64,000 bases of DNA from Podarcis filfolensis (lineage: Eukaryota). Below, piece after piece: positions 12,201-24,387 of this stretch. The DNA is taken from assembly GCA_964270895.1 (NCBI GenBank), contig OZ185435.1; one strand, written 5' to 3'. A program made the position numbers and the translations under genes. How positions within the stretch are numbered: position 1 is the first letter of the stretch; every line of letters starts with the position of its first letter. The notes under the pieces are model-generated. The model did no database searches. It saw only the letters and a list, made by a program, of their open reading frames with translations, and was not told the DNA's origin.

Positions 12201-15200
12201 CCTTGAACATCTATGTTATTAATAAATGTCCTGTTTTGCGCAATTGCATCTGTGCAATTGCACTAATGGACCCACACACAAGACAGTACTGAAAAGGGAG
12301 GAGTGAGGCTGATTTGCTTTGCTAGGGAAAAGGGAGTAGTCAGATTCTGAGACTGTGAAGTAGGCAAATGAGCAATGTGTCCCGGTGGGAAAGTGCATGG
12401 ATGAAATGGTGCTAAATCAATCAAAATGAAATAAGGGAGAGAGGCTCCAGTACAGTGGTGCCTCGCAAGACGAAATTAATCCGTTCAGCGGTTTTTTTGG
12501 TCTTGCGAAGCACGGCTATTAGCGGCTTAGCGGCTATTAACGGCTTAGCGGCTTAGCAGCTTTAAGAAAACAAGGGAACAAAGGAACAAAGGAAACAAGA
12601 CGTTTTGTCTTGCGAAGCAAGCCCATAGGGGAAATCGTCTAGCGAAGCGACGCAAAAACCGAAAAACCCTTTCGTCTTGCGCGTTTTTCGTTTTGCGAGG
12701 CATTCGTCTTGCGGGGCACCACTGTATTAGTGAAGGAGCAGCAACAAGAAAATGGCAGTGAAGGAAGACAGCACAAGACCTCAGTCCTCCCACTCAAGGA
12801 GGGATATAATTTGGTGCATGGAAACGGAGATTAAACAGTGACTGGTTATGGGTTTTGGTGTGGACTTCCCTCATTCTTGCATAGACCCCAGGACATATTG
12901 CATGTAAAACTGTATGTGGCAACCCACACCTACCTGGATTCTTTTCATGCTGTTGATGTAGCAGACACAGGGCTAAGCACAGTGGCTGTCCTTCCTCCTA
13001 TGCTGAGCACATATTTCCTTGCCAGGAGCTCTGCTAGTTTGTGTGTGCCTTTGGGGTCACACACCCTTCATTCCTCTTTGTTTCAGAACAGAGTTGTTCA
13101 CCAGAACCCGGAGGAACGTAATTATCATATCTTCTATGCCTTGTTAGCGGGCGTCAGCGAAGAACACAAAGGTAATGAGGAATCACAAAGTTGCATTCTC
13201 TCATTCAATGAGAAGAGCAATCTCCTGCAGTCAGGCTGGGATGGGGAACCTTTTTGGGCCAGATCCTTATTAGGCTTCCTGACGAGCCAAACTTGACTCA
13301 AAATCCTTTCGCCACTGAACTTCAACCAAGGGAGGGAGGCTTGCAAAGGACTGGAAGTCTGTGCACTTCTCCTGGGGGCAGTGGCAGCAGCCAAGCAAAG
13401 GACAAGAGCCTCTCCCCACCTCCCCCTTGTTGCCACCCTCCTGCTCATGGGAGAAGCAGCTCCCATAGTCTCGTTTCAGCTGAAACTGGACCAGGGGTTT
13501 CTCTTAATGCGCTTCTCAAAAGTGTTGCTTCTCCTGTGAGCTGGTGCTTGGTGGCAGAGGGGAGGGCGGGGTAGATTCTTCTCCCCCTCCTCTTGCTTCT
13601 GCTGCTAGCTGGAGAAGCACACGAGCTGCAATTTTGAGAAGGCTTTAATTTCCCCCATCAGCTGATAAGCGGAGATTAAATCTTGCTGCCTTTTGCTGTG
13701 TGATAGTGTTCCCTGATGGAAACGGGACATGGGGGCAGGCAGTGCAGGATTAAACCTTGTCCTCCCGCTCATCTGCTCATGTCACCACTGATGTCAGCTG
13801 ATGAATGAGTGGGTGTGGTTTGGCCTTGCAGACCAAACTGAAGCCCCTGGAGGGCCAAGATTGCCCATGTGGGCTGGAGGATCCCCACTCTTGCAGTAGG
13901 TAGAGTGGCTCAGAGAGCAGGCTAATACCCCAGGTTTCAGGGGAGGAACAGACTCAGAATCCTAAGAATAAAAATCTACACCAGGGTGGGGAACTTTTGT
14001 CAGCCCGAGGGCCACATTCCTTTCCAGTCAGTGCTTTGAGGGCCACATGCCAGTGGTGGGTGGAGCCAGAGGCGAAAGCAAGTCGAACAGCAGGTGTAAA
14101 TGATACCTTTATACAGCAGGCCAGTTTTCACACAAAGACCCTTCTGTCTTCCATCCAGGCAAGTGAGAGGCGCTGTCAGGACTCATTCTAGACAGAAACA
14201 CTTGAGGGACCAGTGAGGGGCGGGGTATGGTCTGGGGAGAGTGCCAAAGAGTAGACCGAGAGGCCTAGAGGGCTGGATTTGGCCCCTGGCGCACCCTTGC
14301 TCTGTACAAATTAATGGTGGAGTCCTGAACTCAGAATTCTAGTTTGTGAATGGCATTTCTCCTACAACTTCAAGAAGGGATATCATATCTCAAGTCCACT
14401 CTTGAGGCAGTGTATTTAAATGATGCCTTGTATTTCCTGTTTAAGGCCTACTCGTCCCTCTTGTAGGAGACGAGTGCAGAAGGGAGCAGGGAGACACCTG
14501 CGTTACCCACAGAATCAATAGCCCAGTTTCTGTACTTAACCATGTCCTTGGACAGTTAACAGAGGCATGATTTTCTCGAGGGCTGGTCAGAGCATTGCTC
14601 TCTGCTTTCCATCAGCCCTTTCTAAATCTCCCAGCCCATCACGCTTTTTGCAGCTCCCTGTGCCTTGCCGCTGATCAGAATCAACTTCCCCTCCCTCCTG
14701 CCACAGGAAGACTTGCACATTTCCCCCAGAACCCCCTTCTTCCATTGAGGGATTGTCCGTGACCTAAATCAGTTGAATTAGCAATGGCTAGTTTTCCATG
14801 TTACATACCACCATGTTAACCGTAGCCACAAACTCAAAGCTGGGGGTGGGGGTGGGGAACCTTACACTAGAAGCAAGAAAACTTTGGTTGAATTGTTTGA
14901 GGAAAATGCCTCAGGGGTTTGTGTCCCAGAAATCCCACGATGAATGTGGGACACTACAAAAAGCAAGGCTGAAATTGGAATTAGCCATGAAAAATTTGCA
15001 TTTGAGACGCCTCTCAGACTTCCTCGTGCCATTCTCTGCTTGGGTTGTTTTGGAGGGAGTAGCCTTTATTTCTGATGCAGTCAGCCTAGTTTAAGAGGGA
15101 AAGGGTGTAGCTTCTGATACAGAGACAAAGCTTTGGTACCCACTTAAATAATACTTTTATCAGGATCCTAGTGAGCCTGGGAATGGAGCTGAAAACCCCT

Positions 15201-18200
15201 GACCTCAGATTCCAGTGAGTGGAATTTGTGGTATTTCCTCTGTGGTGTGTCTGCAACTGGGCCAAACTCTGCTTCCTAAAAAAAGTTCAACAACATTCGG
15301 GGAGTCCTGGTTTTTACTTTTTGAAATATGGCAACCCTAGATCTCAGATTGGCAGAGAGGGAATTTGCAGTGGTATCCAGGAATGCCCCTAGCAGAGTAA
15401 TATGGTATCTTCACACACTTTAGCAGTCCCTGGGCTGGAGAGGGGGGAATTTCTGCCGGCAACCACAGGAAGGTATATCTATTTGGCAGAATTGCTGCTG
15501 TACTTACTGATGCACCAATAACTGGTTTAGAAGTCTTCTGCAATTAGATGCCTGGGAATTGGTTGTTTAGTTCCCAGTATTTTGAGCATTGGGGCAAACT
15601 AAACATTACAAGTTACTTCCTAGCAAGTTTATTTGAAAAGAAAAGAAGAGTAAAACAGCATTGGGTGTCTCTAATTTTGAGCAGAGGAGCAGCAAAAGGA
15701 GGGTATACTTAAACCGCTTGCTCTTTTCCAACTCTAAACCACCCATCCAGGCTGCTTTCACCACAGGTTGGCCACTGTGGGAAGCAGAATGCTGGACTAG
15801 ATAGGCCTTTAATCTGATCCAGCAGGATCCTTCTTATGTTTTTACCTCATGAATTAAGTACCCCTCTCACTTGCCATTCAAAACTGCAAGTTGCCAAGGC
15901 TGCTTACAATTTAAAAATGCCGTATTTCCGCTGTGGACAAGGCAGTTACAGGCTAGTGTTGGCTCCCCACAACTTATTCCACAATATATTATCCTTGAGT
16001 TGTTGTTGTTTTGGGGGGAGACTTTGCCATGCTGTGGTTTGGTCCTATGATGTTGAACTGGGAGTGCTGTATAGACAACCCCAGAGAAAGGAGCAAGTGG
16101 AAGAAGAGTTGGTTGCTTTCTGGATGTCCCTGGCTCATCTCTCCCTGTTTGTTTGCCTCTTCTCTTCCCCCACCCTCCTACCCCAACCTCCAATATGTTT
16201 GCTTCTCCTTTGGGGAGCTGCCTCCCTACAGAAGCCCTGGTCCTGCTGGAGCCCAAGAGCTATCGTTACTTAAACCAGTCTGGCTGTGTAACCAATGAGA
16301 ACTTGGACGACAAAGAGATGTTCAGCAAGGTCATGGTGAGTCTTCCTTTTGACTCCAGGCAAGACTTTAGGCTAGGTGTGGGTAAGCTGTGGCCCTCCAG
16401 ATGTTGCGGAACTACAACTCCCATCAGCCCTAGCAAGCGTGGCCAATGGCCAGGGATGATGCATGTTGTAGTTCAGCAACAACTGGGGGATACAAAGGTT
16501 TCACACACCTGCATTAGGCAATGCTGTGAGGGCAGGGGGTTCTCTCTCTCTCTCTGCATGTGTGTTTAAAGGGAAAGGTGTGCCTGTTCCTTCGATGAAG
16601 ACTAAATTGCAAAATAACTGAATGCAAGAGGATCATTTTTCACTCTTGATGGCCTGTCTGTACGTGGTGCCTGCTAATTGGGTGCTTTGTTTGATAGCAA
16701 TTTATAGAGGCTGCTTAGACTAAAGTAATGGTAGCTTGACGACACTTCTCATTGTCTGCTCACTAGTGTATTTCCCCCCATTGTTTCTTGCTGTTCTGCA
16801 CTACTACATTTGTTCCCATCACTTAAAAAAAAAAAGGAGCTGGGGGAAGGATTTAGCCTGCAAAAATATGGGCACTGATTTGTAATGTAGAAGGAGGGGA
16901 AAGATGTGAGGGTGCTATAGGAATCATATTTATTATTTATAAAGCACTTTTGAAGCAGAGTGCTGTATAGGAGATAAAATCGAAAGGCAGACGGTAGAAT
17001 AACGGCAAGGAAAGGGCATGCTAGGAAGAGAGCAGAAGAGGATTCGCTTAAGGAAAAGCCTGGAAGTACAAAAGGGTCTTCTTGTAGCTCAGGGATAGAG
17101 ATCCTGTAGCCCTCCAGATTTTTCTGGACAGTGTCAGCCAATGCGGATACTGCTGAGGGATCATGGGAGCTGTAGTCCAGCAACAGCTGGAAGGTCACAG
17201 GATCTCTGCCCCTGTTGTGGATCCTCTTGCATATTGGGTCTGACTGCCACCAGGATATAAGGTGCAAGGCTAACTGAAACCAGGCTCAACTTATTACCCA
17301 GAGCATTCTTGGCTCTGTGTTCATAGTGGCAAAAATCACAGCTGCAATATGGAATCAAGGAAACAGGTGAGTCTATGGAACAGTCTCTCCAAAGGACTGA
17401 ACTAGGACGATCCCAGCAGGTTTACTCAGAAGTAAGTTCCATGGACCTCAGTACAGCTGCTTCATAGTGAGTGTGTTCAGGGTGCTAGCCTTAGAAAGCA
17501 AAATCTCACAGAGGGATATGTTAACTGGTTTGTGTGCGCTGATGTGTAAGGATTGCTTTATAGCAAGTCTAAGATTGGCCCAATGGTGGTGGGTGACAGT
17601 GGAGTTAACCTAACTCCAATGTGTTTTGAGCAGACTGCCCTCGAAGTGATGGGATTCGGTTCTGAAGAGATCAGAGACATTTTCAAACTCCTGTCTGGCA
17701 TCCTGCAACTTGGAAACATTGAATTTATGACGGCCGGAGGAGCTCAGATTACAACAAAAACTGGTAAGTGGCACCCTTCTGTGAAGAGTGTCCCCACCTG
17801 GAATCTGCATCTCCTCCATCATCGTTTTGGTGACCATGCTGATCCTCTGGGCAGGCTTTGCTGCCTTTCTGCTACTGTTCACAGGACAAAATGGACGTCC
17901 AGGAACTGTAGGAGTTGGGGGACAATTCCAAGTCTAGTTCTTCCCAATATGAGACACTGTTAAATTCACAGTAAATTTTTAACCCCCCAATTCAAGTTAG
18001 TTTTTGAATGTGCGAATGGGCTCGAACATGCACACACCATGTTGTGAAACTATGGCCTACAAATCCTCTACCCTAGTTGTCATGCTGGCTTGCCAGAGAT
18101 AACTTTGCCCCTTTTTGGAATGTCACGGTTACTGTGTTTCTGTTATTTTCCCGTCTCTCCCTTGGGCCTATCAGTGGAGTCTTGGGGGATCAAGAGTTGC

Positions 18201-21200
18201 CAGCAAGGTCTCTCCAAACGCCTATCCCGCCTCTTGATTGTATTGGCTTCCTGTCCCTTTTTGAGGAGAGGCCCCCTCCCTCATCAATCACTTCCACATA
18301 ATAAGAACACATTATCGCAAGCATTACTGCCACCTCTCTTTTATCATCCTCTCTCCTAGTGCTGAATAATGTCAGCGAGCTGCTTGGCTTGGATGCCTTC
18401 CAGTTGTCTGAGGTGCTCACCCAGAGATCCATGTTCCTACGGGGAGAGGAGATCAGCTCTCCCCTCACTGTGGAGCAGGTAAGTGAGTAGCCAATGGGCT
18501 TTGCACTAAGCATGGTGGTGGCGCCTGGCTATGAAGGGCACTTGCCTCTAGGTGGCAGCACTCACATAGTTGTCAAGGGGAAATGGTGCTTGAGGGATGC
18601 CTTGGATTTGAACATTACATACTCCCCTCCACCCCCCAACCCTTGAGGAGGGCTTCCCAGAATGTGCACTGTGGCTCAGCAATTTGAGTAAGCTGGGATG
18701 TAGGGAAGCCATTTGCAAGGCAGGAAGAGAGGGTGAATCAGCCTTGTTAACAACTTTACCGCTGTAGAGCTGGGTTGGGGAATCTTTTTCAGCTGCCTTC
18801 TGAGGGCCACACACTGGTGCCAAGTGGGGCCAAAAGTAAATGGGGACAGAGCGATGAATGTGACTCTTGTACAGTAGGGTAGCTTCTGCAAGGAGCCTCA
18901 AACTTCGCTGTATCTTCCACCCAGATGAGCAAGAGGCATTCTCAGAGTTCAGGGACACATTCCAGCCAGGCAAAACTCTCTCTTTTTTTTAATAAATTTT
19001 TATTGATTTTCCAACATATAATATAACACAATACAACTAACAACTAACAACACATAAACAAACAAACATATAAACACGTATAATGTCATAACCTCTTTTT
19101 CTTAAACCTTATTTCAACGACTTCCCCATACCTCCCTTTTCTGCATCCCTGTTTGAAACTTTTCCAGCAACCCCTAATTTCAATTACTTATAATTCACTT
19201 TCTTTAATCCTTTTTCTCTTACCCAATTATTTGTCACCGCAATTCTGTTTTACATTACCCATGACATTTTAGCACTCATTAATTTTACAACAGTTCTTAA
19301 GATAAACTTTAAATTTCTTCCAATCTTCTTCCACCGTCTCTTTCCCTTGGTCGCGGATTCTGCCAGTCATCTCAGCCAGTCCCATATAGTCTATCACCTT
19401 CGTCTGCCACTCTTCCAGCATGGGTAGTTCTTGTGTCTTCCAATACTTTGCTAAAAGAACTCTTGCTGCTGTTGTAGCACAGCCAGGCAAAACTCTCAAG
19501 GAGGGTGCAGACCAGGGGCCTGTAAGGTGTGTGGTCTAGGTAGAGACCTGTGGGTCAGGTAGAGTGGCTTGGAGGGGTGCATTTGCCCCCCAGGCCTGAG
19601 TCATCCCCCCCCTGCCCCGCCGATATCTCTGCTGCAGATGCTGCATAATGTGAGCTGGGTGTCTCTGGAGAAGCAACAAGCAAATAAATGGATTCTCCTG
19701 TAGATAAGTGCAGCAAGCACTCTGCAGAGGATACAGCCCTGTTGTATCAGGCCAAAGGCCCACTCAGTCCAGCACTCTCTTCCCACAGTGGCAAATCAGA
19801 TGCCTGTTGGAAACCCGCAAGCAGAACATGAGGGCACTGTGCCACACTCCTCAATAGCCCTTCCTCACTAGTTAGGCTTCCTGCTGCCAAATGCCCACTT
19901 TCCCCATCCCAGCCTTCCTGGAATGCCAGCCAACTATTGCCAGATGCATGAGAGAATGTGATGCCAGTCAGTTTGCAGTGTATGCAGAGCTAATTATAAT
20001 GCCAAGCACTGGCATCTTCCAGTGTGTTAGACAGAAGGCGCTGAGGCCAGTCAATGGGGCCTTTGACAGAACGCACGTGTCTGTGTGCCGCCCACCCCTG
20101 CTTTTGTCCTAGTCCCGGGTGTGTTGAGTCAAGCGCCCGTTCCTGGAAGATGTTGCAGAGATGTTGAATTACCAGGCAGTCTGGCCACTTGAGTTCTGCT
20201 CCTCCCTGTCTGTGCTTCGCTAAGCGCAGTTGGCTCCGGCCCAAACTATACAATACAGGGAATGTGTAGCTGTTGCCCACCTGCATCTTTCCACCATGTC
20301 TTTTTGGCCCTGTTTAGTTAAAGACCATTTGAGAGGGCATCCTTGTGCCCAGAGTTTCCTTTCCCCCTGCAAGCAGCAGCCAGCAATGCAGAAGGGTTGG
20401 GAAAGTCTTAATGTGCTGGCATCTTGACTAAACATTACCGAGGAGATGCAACGAGGCAGCCACCAAGTATTCCTTGTAACATGTGGTTTAGGCCTCAGGC
20501 TTCCTAAAGGACAGTGGTGGTCACTGAGCCAAAGGAGAGACCTTATGGCTCTCCTGCCTTCTGATCTATGATTTTCTGTGAGCAGCACTGTCTTAGCATA
20601 TGCGCCGCCGGGGTGCAAAGATCCACCCAGCGCCCCCAAATTTAGTTTAGCCCCCAAATTAACTTTTATTATGCTTATGTCAGACACCACGCTTATGCCT
20701 TATCGCTTATGTTTACGAAAGAAGGGAGGAAAAAGAAACAAACTTTTTTATTTGCTCATTTATTTACAATACATTTAAGTATACAACACCACCACACTTA
20801 AACTTGTAAGTATTGTTTAGGCACCTACTTAGGAGAAACATCAGTCGTGTCAAAGGTGCCGCTGACCCCGCTGCTGCATAGTAGCTCAATACAATACGTA
20901 ACATTATATTTTGATGTAAGAGTTAATTTCGCATGCACGGCACCGTTGTGAATTACAAGCGCTGTCATTGAGTCTGACAAGCGCCGCTGGTGCGGTGTGT
21001 CTTTGGTAAATGAGCACACAAAGTCGAAAGTCCTTTAGTGAAACAGTAGGTATACATTTCGGTAATACCTAGGTATATACAGTGGTGCCTCGGGTTAAGT
21101 ACTTAATTCGTTCCGGAGGTCTGTACTTAACCTGAAACTGTTCTTAACCTGAAGCACCACTTTAGCTAATGGGGCCTCCTGCTGCTGCTGTGCCGCCGGA

Positions 21201-22547
21201 GCATGATTTATGTTCTCATCCTGAAGCACTATTTCTGGGTTAGTGGAGTCTGTAACCTGAAGCGTATGTAACCTGAAGCATATGTAACCCCAGGTACCAC
21301 TGTATGTATTTTGTTTTTCTAGCTTGATCAGAATTCTTTATTATTTCATAACAGGTAGATAGTTAAGAGCTTCAGCGGTGGGTGCTGGGCACCCCCCCCC
21401 CAAATTCAGCACCCAGGTGCCCCACACCCCTTGCATCCCCGGGTAAATCCCCCACTTGCAGTCCAGACCCAGGTTTATACCTCATTTTCTCATGGTGAGA
21501 ACAAGGCCTAGTTTGGCACAGATGGAGTTGGGAGGCATGTTTGATAGCAGTCATCCCATCCTTGGCAATTCAGGCACCTGAGTTTCAGCTGCAGTTTCTC
21601 TGCTGTTCTATACTTAAAATTAGTTTCTCAGGGATAATGTTCATTTGCCAGGCCTTTGCTGCCTCGAACTCCCCATAGTTTGCTGTGCTGCTCTCCAGCA
21701 TATAGAATGATGTTTGGTGTCTCTCCCCCCCCCCCATTGCTTACTGACAAGCATTGTCTTCCTCCCTGTTTGCCCCTAGGCTGCTGATTCTAGAGACTCC
21801 CTCGCCATGGCCCTTTATTCACAGTGCTTCTCATGGATCATTGGCAAGATTAACTCAAAGATAAAAGGGAAGGAAAACTTTAAGTCTGTTGGAATCCTGG
21901 ATATCTTCGGGTTTGAGAATTTCCAGGTTAGAAATTAAACTATTGGGGATTGTTGCGTAGACCAAAGGAAGTTCCAGTGCATGCAGAAAACAAGCTGAGC
22001 TGACTACCTGAAGGCAAGGCAGAGGCCTTCCAGGGTAATTTCAGTACATTGGGAAATAAATTGCTTGACACTAAGCCAGTTGGGCAGGGGATGGTGTGGT
22101 CATTGCCCCTTGAACCTCATTCTTGAAATTGGAAACAAAGGCAGCTGCCATACACCAAGTCAAAGTCACGCAAAAAATTTGCTTGTATATCACTACACCC
22201 TGTATATTGTTTGTTGAAATACACCAAGTCAGGCATCTCCTTCAGTATTGTCTACACAGACTGGCAGTGACTTTCCAGGGCTCCAGACAGAGGGCATTCC
22301 CAGTCATACCTGGAGAACCCAGGGATTGAACCTGGGACCTTCTGCATGCAAAGCATATGCTCTACCACTGAGCTACAGCCCTTCCCCAAACTTTGACAAT
22401 GTCCTGTGAAAATTACTTTGGTAAGGCATTTAGTCAAACTCTCTTGGCACATATGTTACATGGGCATGCACTCCCATGTGTTTCCCCCACTTTCATTATT
22501 ACATTTATATCCCACCTTTTCTCCAAAGAGCTTAAGGTGGCACTGCA

Positions 22548-22591
<44 letters not shown>

Positions 22592-24013
22592 CCGGCTTCC
22601 TTCCCTGATGGGTCTCAACCATGCAACAACTTATCCATGCCACAACCCTGTGAGGTAGATTAGGTTGAGAGACTGCGACTGACCCACGGTCACCCAGTGA
22701 GCTTCATTCACTGATCCTTTTCTTTATGTGCCCTGTTTTCACCTTGAATGGGCAGTCTTGTCATTTGCAGTCTCTGTGGTTTCTGTGCCACTGCATGCCC
22801 AGACTGGCAGCAACCGGCAGGAGAGGCAATAACAAGCTGACCCTCGGCACTTCCGCTGACCCTCCCCTGCTTCCCGCATGCACTTCCTCTTCCTTGCAGC
22901 CCTCAAGGGAAAAAAAGATTTTCCCCCCAGACCAAGAACATGGGTGCTAATATTGGTTTCTCTTGTCACACGCACAGGTGAATCGTTTTGAGCAGTTTAA
23001 CATTAACTATGCAAATGAGAAGCTCCAGGAGTACTTCAACAAGCACATATTCTCCCTGGAGCAGCTTGAGTACAACAGGTAGTTAAAAGTGGCCTTTTCA
23101 GGAGGCAGTGGCTATTGGTTATTGGTAGTGGCCTCTGGCAACCAAGAGAGCCCACTGCTCTCAGGTGGAGGAGGAAAAACTGCTAGCAGAAAAGCCGCTT
23201 TGGATTTCATCACTGACAATCCATGTGGGGGTCAAGGAAATCCTTGGAAAGCTTGATAAAAGCAAGAGTCGCCCACTACTTTGCTGCCTGGGAGCAGTTT
23301 TACCTTCCTCTCTGCTTTTCCCCTCCCAGGGATGATATTCTCCTTTTCGTGTACTTCTGTCCTGCCCAAAGCGTCTTGCTGTTTCTTAACCCCTGCTCTC
23401 TGCAAATATGAGTGCCTGACTTGTGTTTCCCCTCTCTTTTTGGCAGAGAGGGGATAAGCTGGGAAGCCATTGATTGGATGGACAATGCAGAATGCCTGGA
23501 TCTTATTGAGAAGGTAGGCCTCTCTCCTGTGTGATGGGCTAGCATGCAGTCAAGAGTATGCTTTCTCTGTAGGCTGGGCTTTTCTCTCTGACCTTGATCC
23601 CAAGTAGCAAGCCTTGTTTCTGTGCCTTAGTTTATAGCTGGTATTTTGCCTCTCCCCACCTTGGCTTCTGTTACTTTTATGGAAATGGGCAGGCTTCATT
23701 CAGAAGTTAGAAGAGTTCATTGTGAAGAAAAAGAAGAAGAGTGTAAGGAAAAAGAAGGGGGGAGGTATGAGTGGAAATCATGGCTAGCTCAAGGTGTGTG
23801 TGTGTGTGTGTGTGTGTTTGTTTGCTGTCCTTACATACATACAATCTTACATACATACAATTTTCACACACCCCTCCAACCTTACTTTAGGCTGAGCAAC
23901 ATAACATTACATTAAATGTTTAATGTTTGAGGTATTACAGTATTTGATATTTCTTGGAAGCCGCCCAGAGTGGCTGGGGAAGCCCAGCCAGATGGGCGGG
24001 GTATAAATAATAA

Positions 24014-24054
<41 letters not shown>

Positions 24055-24354
24055 GATGATGATGATGATCACTGCAAGTCTTTTTCTTCTTTGGCTACAG
24101 AAACTTGGTTTGCTGGCCTTGGTTAATGAAGAAAGTAGATTCCCCAAAGGCACAGACAGTACCCTTTTGGAAAAGCTGCACAACCAGCATGGGGTAAGTG
24201 AAGATGCATATATACACAACACTTGCATGCATTTATCTATGCATTTCTAAAATGTATTATCATAGGCTAATAATAATAATATAGAAACCAATGTAAAATA
24301 TTACAATCCCAATACAGTAAGCCTGCTTTTAACTTGTGTGTATTCAGCTTTATT

Positions 24355-24387
<33 letters not shown>

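Noticed and set aside
22300-22387. tRNA gene (also near 35060-35115, 55291-55370 and 56059-56110)
   Set aside because: The A and B boxes continue into SINE bodies in multiple degenerate copies, so these are tRNA-derived SINE heads.
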